DNA of 64,000 bases from assembly GCA_963692995.1 (NCBI GenBank), contig OY843611.1, forward strand, positions 1,525,994 through 1,589,993. The letters are read 5' to 3'. Below are positions 55,485 through 64,000 of the stretch, piece by piece (the first letter of the stretch is position 1; each line of letters starts with the position of its first letter). Source of the stretch: Dehalococcoidia bacterium. GTDB taxonomy: Bacteria; Chloroflexota; Dehalococcoidia; Lucifugimonadales; UBA3495. The notes beneath the pieces are model-generated. The model searched no databases and was not told the DNA's origin. It saw only the letters and a program-made list of their open reading frames with translations. A program made the translations under genes and the position numbers.

Positions 55485-56480
55485 CTACCCCCAGGCAGCA
55501 AACCCCATAGCGCAGCCGGTGCCGGCTGGCGAGCGATAGCAAGGCACGTAATCCACCACGTCCATGTCCAGGTGCTCGGTAGCCCCGGTCACCACGATCC
55601 AGTTGCGGATTTCAGAGCTGCCGGAGTTGATCTTCTCTCGCGGCAAAGCCATCAACTGCTCAACGCTCTTGGCCTGCATCCCCGCCAGGGCCTGCTGGTC
55701 CAGATCTTCGTCCACCACGAAGTGGCTCAGACCGCCCGACGCCAGTATGCCCACCCGAATATCCTGGGGCCACGTCTCGATGGCGGAGCGCAGCGCCTGG
55801 CCCAGTTTGTAGCACCGCTTGGGCGTAGGCTGGTTGGGCGGGTAGTAAGTGTTCAGCATCACCGGCACCGTCGGGATGATCCCGTCGGTCATCAGGCGGT
55901 TGTACACATACCCGAAGGCGTGGCCGATGCCGCCCCGTTCCCCCCGTCCCCGGCTGGGGTCCAAGTACCTGGAACTGCCCACGTCGAACTCGGCGTCCAT
56001 CAAGCTGTTGATGATGTGCAGCCCCAGCTCGGAATCGGTAGGCGCCTGCTGATCCTCCGTGCTATAGCCGATGAGCGGGCGGTTGCCGGTGGAAGGCCCG
56101 GCTTCGTGCCCCGAAACCTTCACCTGCTCGCCCCAATAGACGCAGAAAGCCGGCATATTGTCGTCCAGCAAGTATTCGTGCTGGTCGTCGCCCACCATTA
56201 CCAGCACGTCCAGGTTGGCTTCGTACAGCTTTTTCGATAGATGGGCGATGGCCTTCTGGTTCTGCTGGTGGCGCTGCTCGAACTTGGCCGGCGTGATTTC
56301 TTTGGCAATGCGCTCGGTGTCCGTGCGGGCCAGCAGGTCCTCATAGTTGGAGGTGATGCCGTCGGCGCCGATCAATTCAACGTGTCCCTTGTCCCGCTCC
56401 CCTCGGCCGGCCCATCCGTCGGCGGGAGTGCTCAGTTGCGGGCTGTGGGAAGAGGCCAGGCCCAATACCAGTTCTGCCAT
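55485..56480 (-). CDS. Class III extradiol ring-cleavage dioxygenase (LigB family)
   Basis: AAGGAG SD; LGLASSHSP, VMVGDDQHE, ASGGLSHF motifs. Confidence 0.65.
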   Translation of the reverse strand: MAELVLGLASSHSPQLSTPADGWAGRGERDKGHVELIGADGITSNYEDLLARTDTERIAKEITPAKFEQRHQQNQKAIAHLSKKLYEANLDVLVMVGDDQHEYLLDDNMPAFCVYWGEQVKVSGHEAGPSTGNRPLIGYSTEDQQAPTDSELGLHIINSLMDAEFDVGSSRYLDPSRGRGERGGIGHAFGYVYNRLMTDGIIPTVPVMLNTYYPPNQPTPKRCYKLGQALRSAIETWPQDIRVGILASGGLSHFVVDEDLDQQALAGMQAKSVEQLMALPREKINSGSSEIRNWIVVTGATEHLDMDVVDYVPCYRSPAGTGCAMGFAAWG

Positions 56481-56692
56481 TGTCCAGCTCCTTTGCGCTT
56501 CGTGTTTCAACTGCCTGCGACGAAACGCTACCACACGCCGGGAGCGCCTGGCAATTCCGGCCTGCCGGTTTTGCGCAGCCCTATACCCGCCTCCCGGCAA
56601 TCTCGCTATAATGGCTGCGCCGGCAACCGGTTTTGCCTCTACTCTCTTCCCTGACTACTACTACTGTCTTCCCGAATTACAAGGACGGAAAC

Positions 56693-57508
56693 ATGGTTAC
56701 CACCTACTCGTGCATCAATACCGCAACCGTAACGCGCCCCACGATGATGGGCCGCAGCGAAGTGGAGACCCACATCGGCGTAGTTACGCTGAATCGCCCG
56801 GAAGTCCTCAACGCCCTCAACCTCCAGTTAGTGCGTGAATTGGACCAGGCCGTCACCGACTACGAAGCCGACGACAGCGTGGGCGCGATAATCATCACCG
56901 GCGCCGGCGAAAGGGCCTTCTCAGCCGGCGCCGACATCCACGAAAACCGTGAGCTTTCCGATGAAGAACGGGCGGCGGGCCAGGCCGAGCGAGCCGAATA
57001 CACCTGGCATCTCCACGCCGGCAGCAAGCCCATCATTGGCGCCGTAAACGGCCTGTGCTACGGCGGCGGCACCGTATTGGCCACCAGCCTGGACTTCCTG
57101 GTGGGCTGCGAAAAAACCAGCTTCCGCTTCCTGGCCGTGAACTATGGACAGATGAACGCTACCTGGAGTTTGCCGCAATTGGTGGGTATCCACCGGGCCA
57201 AAGAGCTGTTGCTCAGTGGCCGCGAAGTCTTTGCGGACGAGGCATATCACATGGGACTTATCAACCACCTGGTGTCTTCCGCAGAGCTGATGGACCGTAC
57301 GCTGGATATCGCGGCCGGCATCGCTCGCAACCGGGTCGAGGGCCTCGCTAACATCAAGCAATTGCTGCTCGAGCACTCAGGACTACCCATCGCAGAACAA
57401 TACCGAAACGAAATCGAAGGACGCACTGGACGCTTCCAGGGCCTATCCGTCGAAGAAGGCTTTTCCGATTTCCTCGCCCGCAAGGGCCGCAAAACTCGTT
57501 CAGCCTGA
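56693..57508 (+). CDS. Enoyl-CoA hydratase/isomerase (crotonase) family protein
   Basis: VVTLNRPEVLNALN, ITGAGERAFSAGADI, GAVNGLCYGGG. Confidence 0.8.
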   Translation: MVTTYSCINTATVTRPTMMGRSEVETHIGVVTLNRPEVLNALNLQLVRELDQAVTDYEADDSVGAIIITGAGERAFSAGADIHENRELSDEERAAGQAERAEYTWHLHAGSKPIIGAVNGLCYGGGTVLATSLDFLVGCEKTSFRFLAVNYGQMNATWSLPQLVGIHRAKELLLSGREVFADEAYHMGLINHLVSSAELMDRTLDIAAGIARNRVEGLANIKQLLLEHSGLPIAEQYRNEIEGRTGRFQGLSVEEGFSDFLARKGRKTRSA

Positions 57509-57519
57509 TTACAAGCGTC

Positions 57520-57969
57520 ATGGCGGACCATCACCAAGCCGTTGCCGCGCCCACGGTCGGGCGTCGCTCCGACGATACCATAACCGCCCCCGACGGCTCT
57601 CTGGTGCGCCTTCTGCTCACCCAGGAGCACGGCGCCACCCGCTGTAGCGTTATTGAGGTTGACATCCCGGCCGGCGCGGTAAGCCGGCCGGTGCGCCATC
57701 GTACCGTTGAAGAGGTCTGGTATGTCGTGAACGGGGAAGGCGAGGTTTGGCGCTGTCCGCCCGACACGCCGCCGTCTGCGGTTGCCCCGGTTTCGATCCG
57801 GCCCGGCGATGCGTTGACCATACCCACCGGCTGGTCATTTCAGTTCAAGGCGGGCCGTCGCGTCGGGTTCCGATTTATCTGCGTGACCATCCCGGCATGG
57901 CCGGGCGCGGATGAGGCAGAAGAAGTGGCGGAAGGCGGGCTCGGTCCACCGACCCTTGCTCCGCCCTGA
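57520..57969 (+). CDS. Cupin domain protein
   Basis: 149 aa; H.....E.WYVV.GEGEVW ... P.G..F motif arrangement. Confidence 0.55.
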   Translation: MADHHQAVAAPTVGRRSDDTITAPDGSLVRLLLTQEHGATRCSVIEVDIPAGAVSRPVRHRTVEEVWYVVNGEGEVWRCPPDTPPSAVAPVSIRPGDALTIPTGWSFQFKAGRRVGFRFICVTIPAWPGADEAEEVAEGGLGPPTLAPP

Positions 57970-57984
57970 CTGCGTTTCCGGCGG

Positions 57985-58221
57985 CTACCCTTGCCGGCGT
58001 ACCTCGATGGTCTCGCCGTCCGCCAACGCCACCCGGCGGTACTGAATCCCCATTTTCAGCATCCAATAGCCCAGCGTCGCGGGGCTAACGCCTAAATGGG
58101 CCGCCGCCCGGCTCATGCCCATTTCGTTGACCAGTTCGGGAACGAGGTTTTCCAAAGGACGACCGTGCTGGTCTTCCACGCTCCGCATTAATTTAGTCTT
58201 TCTGATACGCTGCGTCGACAT
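57985..58221 (-). CDS. Small helix-turn-helix DNA-binding protein
   Basis: 78 aa; MSRAAAHLGVSPATLGYWMLKMGI HTH. Confidence 0.55.
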   Translation of the reverse strand: MSTQRIRKTKLMRSVEDQHGRPLENLVPELVNEMGMSRAAAHLGVSPATLGYWMLKMGIQYRRVALADGETIEVRRQG

Positions 58222-58270
58222 ATCACCTCTTGTTCTGGTTATGCTAGTTCCGGCGAGCAGCCGGAGTCCT

Positions 58271-58306
58271 TTGCACTGGATAGTCGCATTGCACTGGATG
58301 GTTGCT
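58271..58306. repeat. Tandem 18-nt direct repeat (TTGCACTGGATAGTCGCA / TTGCACTGGATGGTTGCT), possible operator
   Basis: Read directly, 50-85 nt upstream of the HTH gene start (58221). Confidence 0.6.
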
Positions 58307-58412
58307 ATATTACATCAATGCCATCAGTCTCCGCACGGCGGATCAGACGCGAACTGTCAGCATTTTTAAAATCCCCCAAAAAAACGCACACAGATTGCCC
58401 ATCGGAACGTAA

Positions 58413-58499
58413 AGCGTGTCGTCAAGCAGAACGCTTTGGTTATGGAAACGCCCGGATGCTTGCTTTCGCAGGAATGACGGGATGATTTGACGACACGCT
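58413..58499. repeat. 13-bp perfect inverted repeat (AGCGTGTCGTCAA ... TTGACGACACGCT) separated by 61 nt
   Basis: Arms at 58413-58425 and 58487-58499, just downstream of the LLM gene stop (58541, minus strand). Confidence 0.6.
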
Positions 58500-58540
58500 C
58501 TAGCCAATCACCGCAAAAGGCTGCGCCCCTTTGCCGATTT

Positions 58541-59632
58541 CTACGCCGCCGCCCCGGTCAGGTCCGCCACCTGGGGCATCACCCTTTCGGCCAGGAGCTT
58601 GGTCGAGTGTTCCCATCCGGATTGATTCTCCCATTGGTCGTACACCAGCATCAGCAACCCGCCGAACCCGCCGACGTCCCCGTAGAGCCGCCTGATTTTC
58701 CCGGCTACGGTATCCGGGGACCCAATCAGCCATAAGTGATCTGCCATGTACTCGATGTTGACCGCCTCGTCGGGCACTTCGTCGTCGTGCTTGAAGACCT
58801 TCATCAGGTCAAATTCGCGGAACAGCGGCAGGAGGTAATCATTCCAGACCCGGCCCAACATCCCGTTCAGCGCCAAATCCCGGGCCGCTTCGTCACTGTC
58901 GGCAACATACACGTCCCGAACCAAACGCCAGTCGGCTCGAGAGGGAGTGCGGCCCGTTCGCTGAGCCCCTTCTTCGATGGCCTCCCAGTGGCTGCGGCAG
59001 TAGTCGGCGTTCAGCGCCAGGCTCATGGGAATGAAACCGCGTTCCCCGGCGATCATCAGCGTGGGTGATTTATAACTGACCGACGCCACGCCAATCGGCG
59101 GGTGGGGTTGCTGATAGGGGCGCAGGAAAAACTCCAGGCTGCCATACATTGGCTCAGGGATGCTCACGTTCCAGTACTTCCCCTTATATTCAAATGGCCC
59201 CTCGTTCTGCCAGATTTTCAGGATGATGTCCAGCGACTCGCGGGTCATGTCCCGGTGCTCGCCGTTATTGCCGTCCACGTCAAATAGCGCCCAGTCGCTG
59301 GGCAGTCCGCTCGAACCCACTCCGAACAAAAACCGACCCTGGGACAAGTGGTCCAGATACGCTACACGGTGCGCCAACTCCGCCGGATGATGGAAGGGAA
59401 GCAGATGCGCTCCCGAACCGAGCTTAATGCGCTTGGTCTTCATCAGGGCCTGGGCGATCAACAGGTCAGGAGCCGGGATGGGTTCCCAGGGCGAGGTGAA
59501 ATGCTCACCGATCCAAGCTTCGTCAAAGCCCAGTTCGTCGCATAGAGTCAGGTATTCCAGGTCCCACTGGTGAGAGTCGTAAATGTTCCGTTCCGGCGGA
59601 TGCGACGGCATCATAAACAATCCGTACTTCAT
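58541..59632 (-). CDS. LLM class (luciferase-like) flavin-dependent oxidoreductase
   Basis: MKYGLFMMPSHPP..., AWIGEHF, GRFLFGVGSSG. Confidence 0.8.
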   Translation of the reverse strand: MKYGLFMMPSHPPERNIYDSHQWDLEYLTLCDELGFDEAWIGEHFTSPWEPIPAPDLLIAQALMKTKRIKLGSGAHLLPFHHPAELAHRVAYLDHLSQGRFLFGVGSSGLPSDWALFDVDGNNGEHRDMTRESLDIILKIWQNEGPFEYKGKYWNVSIPEPMYGSLEFFLRPYQQPHPPIGVASVSYKSPTLMIAGERGFIPMSLALNADYCRSHWEAIEEGAQRTGRTPSRADWRLVRDVYVADSDEAARDLALNGMLGRVWNDYLLPLFREFDLMKVFKHDDEVPDEAVNIEYMADHLWLIGSPDTVAGKIRRLYGDVGGFGGLLMLVYDQWENQSGWEHSTKLLAERVMPQVADLTGAAA

Positions 59633-59741
59633 GGCTCCTCCCTCGACCTTCTAAAGCTGACTCTGCCCGTACCATATCACAATTCAGCGCTGCTTGCCGC
59701 CCGTGTTATAGTGCCCTATCCAAACTATATCGGAGGTCAAG

Positions 59742-60173
59742 TTGACCACAGCACAAACCGGCAACAAAGTTCGCGTTCACTACACTGGCCGCCTTGACGA
59801 TGGGCAAGTTTTCGACTCATCGGAAGGCGGCACTCCTTTGGCATTCACTATCGGCAGCGGCCAGGTTATACCGGGGTTTGAGACCGGTGTTCTCGGGATG
59901 TCGCCCGGCGACACCAAAACCGTCAACATTCCCTGCGCCGACGCCTACGGCGAACACCGGGACGACGGCGTGATGCAGGTTCCGCGGGATGAGTTTCCCC
60001 CCGACATGCCCTTGGCCGTGGGGTCGTCAGTGCAGGGCCAACAGCAGAGCGGCCAGCAAGTTACCTTCACCATCGTCGCCCTAACCGACGCCGAGGTTAC
60101 GCTAGACGCGAACCACCCGCTGGCCGGCAAAGACTTAACTTTTGACCTCACCCTGGTATCTATCGAGGTTTAG
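59742..60173 (+). CDS. FKBP-type peptidyl-prolyl cis-trans isomerase (SlyD-like, with IF insert)
   Basis: VRVHYTGRLDDGQVFDSS, VIPGFE.GVLGM..G, HPLAGKDLTFDL; TTG start with GGAGG upstream. Confidence 0.8.
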   Translation: MTTAQTGNKVRVHYTGRLDDGQVFDSSEGGTPLAFTIGSGQVIPGFETGVLGMSPGDTKTVNIPCADAYGEHRDDGVMQVPRDEFPPDMPLAVGSSVQGQQQSGQQVTFTIVALTDAEVTLDANHPLAGKDLTFDLTLVSIEV

Positions 60174-60192
60174 GCAGGAGGTCTCATTGTAC

Positions 60193-60501
60193 ATGGGTAA
60201 CAAGGGGAACCAATCCAAAACCCGCCAATGGCTGGTTTTCCTGGTTCTCCTGTTACGACTGGCCTTGCCGGCGGTTCGGAGTGCCGTTGCCGGCGCAATT
60301 TTAATGCTATGTGTCGTAGCAGTTGCCGCAGTAGTACTCGACCTTGCAGCTGGCGACAACCCGGCTACCCAAACACTGGAAACCCGGCTGAGAATGGTGC
60401 TGATGGTCCTGGTTGTATTAGTCGCCGCGGCTTGCGTTGGAGTATATATCCGTCAAATATCTAAACCTAACTCGGGCTCCGAGGGCCGCCACGAGAGTTG
60501 A
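60193..60501 (+). CDS. Hypothetical small membrane protein
   Basis: AGGAGG SD 13 nt upstream of ATG 60193; three hydrophobic segments. Confidence 0.4.
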   Translation: MGNKGNQSKTRQWLVFLVLLLRLALPAVRSAVAGAILMLCVVAVAAVVLDLAAGDNPATQTLETRLRMVLMVLVVLVAAACVGVYIRQISKPNSGSEGRHES

Positions 60502-60808
60502 ACCAGCTAAAGAACGATTTAAATAGACTGAGCGAGGCTACGAGAACCCAGGACAGCGCCATTACGGAAACGCCAAATCCGCCCACAAGCACAACGTAAC
60601 GATTTTCGATCCAATAACCAATCAAGAGAACCGCCAGTGCCGCCACCGCTCCGAGCAGGAGGGGGACACCGGCGCGATCCAACGTTGTCATATCGACGGA
60701 TGGCTCCCTCCTGCTTCGCTGTCGGGCGCCTGCATCCGGCAGAACAACGCCGTCCACCGACGGGTTCTCGGTATCGACAGGGACATCTCGCGTTTCGGGA
60801 ATGGTCAT
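60467..60808 (-). CDS. Hypothetical small membrane protein
   Basis: 113-aa ORF, two TM segments; no motif recognised. Confidence 0.35.
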   Translation of the reverse strand: MTIPETRDVPVDTENPSVDGVVLPDAGARQRSRREPSVDMTTLDRAGVPLLLGAVAALAVLLIGYWIENRYVVLVGGFGVSVMALSWVLVASLSLFKSFFSWFNSRGGPRSPS

Positions 60809-60838
60809 GCCGGCCTCTTACGCCTTCACTATACCAGA

Positions 60839-61672
60839 CTACAGGCGCACTTGCTGCCCCAGCGTCTGGTACGTTACCGGCGAAGTGGCTACCAGGCCGG
60901 CGTCCACCGGCAGCACTACTCCGTTTATCCAGCGAGCCTCGTCGCTGGCCAGGAACAGCGCCGCGTTTCCAATATCCCACGCCGTCCCTTCCGTGCGCAG
61001 TGGCGCGGCTGTACTGCGAACCTGCCGAAGATCATCATCCATGCGGGGCGCCACCATCGGCGTGAACACCAGTCCCGGAGCGATGCAATTAGTCCGGATG
61101 CCGTCCGGCCCATGGTCCGCGGCCATGGAAATGGTCAAGCCAATCACCGCGGCTTTCGACGCCGTGTAGGGCGTGCTGCTGTGGGCGCGCAACCCCGCGA
61201 TAGACGATATGTTGATGATGGATCCCCCGCCGGCTTCCATCATTCGTGGGATGGCGAACTTGCTCGCCAGAACGATGCTCTTGACGTTGACCGCCATGAT
61301 GTGGTCCCAATCCTCTTCCGATACCTCGACCACCGTTCCACGACGGGAAATCCCCACGTTATTATCCAGGATGTCCAGCCGTCCGTAACGCTCGATGCAA
61401 ACCTCCACCATCCGCTCACAGTCGGCGGCGTCGGTCACGTCGGCCTGTACAGTGGAGGCCGCGCCGCCCTCCGCCTGGATCATCGCCAGCGTTTCCGCCG
61501 CCCGCTCTTCCGTAGCGTCGGCCAGCAGCACTTTCGCTCCCTCACGTGCGAAGAGTGTTGCCGTAGCCCGGCCATTCCCGATGCCGGGACCGCTTGAACC
61601 GGCGCCGGTGACGATGGCCACCTTCCCTTCCAATCGCAGGCTGCGTTCAGGCACGTCGTAATCCTCCACCAT
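60839..61672 (-). CDS. SDR family oxidoreductase (classical short-chain dehydrogenase)
   Basis: GKVAIVTGAGSSGPGIG (TGxxxGxG), NNVG, YTASKAAV (YxxxK). Confidence 0.8.
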   Translation of the reverse strand: MVEDYDVPERSLRLEGKVAIVTGAGSSGPGIGNGRATATLFAREGAKVLLADATEERAAETLAMIQAEGGAASTVQADVTDAADCERMVEVCIERYGRLDILDNNVGISRRGTVVEVSEEDWDHIMAVNVKSIVLASKFAIPRMMEAGGGSIINISSIAGLRAHSSTPYTASKAAVIGLTISMAADHGPDGIRTNCIAPGLVFTPMVAPRMDDDLRQVRSTAAPLRTEGTAWDIGNAALFLASDEARWINGVVLPVDAGLVATSPVTYQTLGQQVRL

Positions 61673-61696
61673 TGGGTCTGCTAAAGTGTCGCCAGC

Positions 61697-63247
61697 TCAC
61701 TCGGCGATGGGCCGCGAAATTATCCATAAACTGGCGCAAGTGTAGCACACCATCAGCGCCAGCATCGGCGCCTGGCTCAGCAGCGCCGCCCGTCGATCAG
61801 GATAAATCCGCGTGGCCTGTACGTGCGCCAGGTAAACCCCTGCGATATGTCCGACCACAATTGCCGCAATGGAGAAATACCAGATGAACACCGGCGACAG
61901 GATCCCGATATTGATGGTAGCGTCCGCCGTGCCGAACAAGTCCCAGCCCCAGCCGAAAGGGTCTGACGCCAGCACGATGAACCGCTGGCCGTTGATCAGC
62001 AGGAACCCCAGAAAGTGGGCGAAGTGATACGCCAACGCAATGGGCAGCAATGAAAATGCGAATCGGCGCAATAGCTGGCCGGCATCAGGTTCGGACTGTC
62101 CGGATAAAGACGCCATCATCGCGCAGGTCGCAGCGAATAGAATGCCGAACGCCAGGGGCAAGCCCAGCGCACCGATCAGGTTGGCGATGTACCCGCCATA
62201 TGCCGGGAAATGCAGCAGGAACTGTGTACTGAACAGCAGCCACTCCGGCGTCGCCGACAGCCCGTCAAACGACACTGTGGACAACAATAGAATGACGTGG
62301 ACCACAACCGTCAGCGTTACCACCCCCAGGCGATTCAACCCCACGCACGGCGGGCGCAGATTGAATTCCCGCTGCTCCGGCAGAGCGGCGGAGTAGCATT
62401 CGTAGCAGTCCACGCAGTCCTCTTCCTCTGACGAACAACGTCCCCCGCTGGAGCATCGGGCGCAACCCGTCTTGGGAGCGCGGACTTCCGTTACCGAAAA
62501 CCGCGCCATGAATCCGTACACCACGGTGAATCCTTCGGCGTTGCGCAGCCATACGTCCCTTCCGTACCGGTACATCCCGATGAAGTTGTATGCCGTGTAC
62601 AGCGCCAGGATCCAGCCCAACGCCCGAGGCCCCGCCGCATCCGCGGCAACCGTCTCCAGTATGGCGAATCCCGCGAACACCAGCGCCGCCGGCCAGGCTC
62701 CCCAGCGGGCCGGGTACCGTTTTCGCAAGCTCAGGCGCTGACCCGGCGCCAGGACCCGAGTCAACGTCTCAGCATATTCCCAAACAATTTTCCAAGGGTT
62801 GACCAGCGCCCACAAATTCCCGAATAACGCGGTGAAAAAGCTTAGCCCCACCCAGAAGGCGACGTAAACAGCCGCCGGCGCCGGATTCAATGGCGCGCGC
62901 TCGGTGCCAATCAGCGCCCCCAAAATGACGTATACGGTCAGCGCCACGGAGATTGCTTTCAAAGGGCCGGTGAACCAGGGCGACGCCATCCAACGCGTCG
63001 CAACGAAATCCAGCAAGTTTAACCGCGGGTAACCACGTTCTGCCGCATCCCCTCGGAGGAACACCGCCGCGATGACGAAGGACAGGAACACCGCCGCCGC
63101 GCCGGCGATTATGAACAAGGACAGCGGCAACGGCAGATCGTAACGTTCGCCGAACCCGTGCGCCTCGGCCGGAAGCGCCACCGCCCCCGCGCACGCCCCT
63201 AACGCGCCAAATGCGCCAAGGATCGCCAGTCCCCGCCGACGTGTCAT
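61697..63247 (-). CDS. Polytopic membrane protein with a Cys-rich loop and predicted signal peptide
   Basis: Start MTRRRGLAILGAFGALGACAGAVALPAEA|HGFG at 63247; 10 or more TM segments; loop CARCSSGGRCSSEEEDCVDCYEC (nt about 62345-62464); His-rich TMs (AYHFAHF, VGHIAGVYLAH). Confidence 0.5.
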   Translation of the reverse strand: MTRRRGLAILGAFGALGACAGAVALPAEAHGFGERYDLPLPLSLFIIAGAAAVFLSFVIAAVFLRGDAAERGYPRLNLLDFVATRWMASPWFTGPLKAISVALTVYVILGALIGTERAPLNPAPAAVYVAFWVGLSFFTALFGNLWALVNPWKIVWEYAETLTRVLAPGQRLSLRKRYPARWGAWPAALVFAGFAILETVAADAAGPRALGWILALYTAYNFIGMYRYGRDVWLRNAEGFTVVYGFMARFSVTEVRAPKTGCARCSSGGRCSSEEEDCVDCYECYSAALPEQREFNLRPPCVGLNRLGVVTLTVVVHVILLLSTVSFDGLSATPEWLLFSTQFLLHFPAYGGYIANLIGALGLPLAFGILFAATCAMMASLSGQSEPDAGQLLRRFAFSLLPIALAYHFAHFLGFLLINGQRFIVLASDPFGWGWDLFGTADATINIGILSPVFIWYFSIAAIVVGHIAGVYLAHVQATRIYPDRRAALLSQAPMLALMVCYTCASLWIISRPIAE

Positions 63248-63249
63248 GG

Positions 63250-63903
63250 TCACCCGGCCCGCCGCCTTTGCATGATCAGCCAGGTCCAGATCCCTACCGC
63301 CACGATGAGCGCCATTGCGGCAGCAATCCAAACCCACTGGATTTGCGCCCCCGGTTCTATCACTTGGAGAGGCAGGATGAACCGTTCTTCACCGCGCTCG
63401 GAAGCCACGTTGACCGACACATCCCATCGGCCCACCACGTCGAATGGCACATCCACCTCGAAATAACGCAGAGTCTGTTCGTTAGACACCCTTTGCGGAC
63501 CGAACTCCGGCGAACCCGGCGGCCCGCTGGCGGAAACTGATAGCTGGACATCGGTATCCCGCAACAGACTTTCATCGCTGACGTCAAACACCTGGATAGC
63601 CAGGTGCGTTTGGGGTATCACGGGCCGAGCCGGTATGATTCCCACCACCACCCGGTACGCTCCCTGCGTACGGTCCATGATCGTGGTGGAGGCCCCGTTA
63701 GCCTCGGCCATCCCGATCCAAACCGTGGCAAAAAGAAATCCCGCCGTAACCGCGACCAGCGCCGCCGCCTTCGCTAACGCCCCGCTTGTCCGGAACGCCC
63801 CGGTTGTCCAAGAAGTCAATCCCAAATCAGCCCCGCCCGAATTGCGCTCCAAAATTTCCCGCAGCACGATAGCATAAGCTACTGACCTCATCAATGTTGA
63901 CAC
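63250..63903 (-). CDS. FixH/YtkA-like Ig-fold domain protein with N- and C-terminal TM anchors
   Basis: 217 aa; TM, then YRVVVGIIPARP..THLAIQVFD...VQLSVSA...RYFEVDVPFDVVGRWDVSVNV beta-rich domain, then a C-terminal TM; stop 2 nt before the next gene. Confidence 0.45.
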   Translation of the reverse strand: MSTLMRSVAYAIVLREILERNSGGADLGLTSWTTGAFRTSGALAKAAALVAVTAGFLFATVWIGMAEANGASTTIMDRTQGAYRVVVGIIPARPVIPQTHLAIQVFDVSDESLLRDTDVQLSVSASGPPGSPEFGPQRVSNEQTLRYFEVDVPFDVVGRWDVSVNVASERGEERFILPLQVIEPGAQIQWVWIAAAMALIVAVGIWTWLIMQRRRAG

Positions 63904-63952
63904 CCCTATCGCTTGTTGGTAGCCTGATTATGCGCTCCGTGCGCGGCAGGAT

Positions 63953-64000
63953 GGCCCGCTAGCTCAACTGGCAGAGCAGCTGACTCTTAATCAGCAGGTT
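63953..64000 (+). tRNA. tRNA-Lys (anticodon CTT), 5' part only, truncated by the window end
   Basis: GGCCCGC-TA-GCTCAACTGGCAGAGC-A-GCTGA-CTCTTAA-TCAGC-AGGTT: acceptor, D-arm and anticodon arm with CTT. Confidence 0.8.

Overview
This is a 64-kb, gene-dense window from a high-GC bacterial chromosome. Hand-counted 60-nt lines in core genes give about 65-72% GC. I call about 70 CDS, 2 complete tRNA-Ser genes and 1 partial tRNA-Lys. I saw no rRNA, CRISPR array, transposase, integrase or prophage genes.

All product calls come from motifs read by eye in the supplied ORF translations. No HMM or BLAST search was possible, so family-level names are more reliable than exact functions.

**Core content**
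- Housekeeping genes: miaB, a frameshifted nadA, plsY, der, an argF-like gene, eno, rsmG, trmI, ggt and sfsA.
- A nitrogen-assimilation block: two glutamine synthetase paralogs plus amt, preceded by a phased pentamer array.
- A tungsten/molybdenum aldehyde:ferredoxin oxidoreductase operon (mobA, moaD-like, aor).
- A lipid-linked glycosylation pair (GT2 plus GT-C).
- A large oxidative/hydrolytic catabolic cluster at 47.7-58 kb: GMC oxidoreductase, SDR, two NodB-type deacetylases, an amidohydrolase, an HpaB-like monooxygenase, a LigB-type dioxygenase, a crotonase and a cupin.
- Two LLM flavin monooxygenases. This repertoire, together with a DUF1800/DUF1501 pair, weakly suggests a Chloroflexota/SAR202-like marine heterotroph. 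That is inference only.

**Most interesting signals**
1. A visibly AT-richer, translationally coupled three-gene cassette at 45.1-47.7 kb: an AlbA_2/Schlafen-like ATPase-type protein, a long ParA-like ATPase, and a small protein resembling the N-terminal module of HNH restriction enzymes without the nuclease. It is a candidate uncharacterised defence or conflict system.
2. An EcoRI-family restriction-modification pair whose endonuclease carries a single in-frame TAA.
3. A paralogous ferritin-like diiron pair in which one member has lost all four carboxylate ligands (a PaaA/PaaC-like architecture).
4. A 23-nt poly-G/C tract exactly at the GT2/GT-C gene junction.
5. Three tandem 75-bp in-frame repeats at the 5' end of der.
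6. A FixH-like protein paired with a Cys-rich polytopic membrane protein.

Many long antisense ORFs in the track are high-GC shadow ORFs and were rejected.
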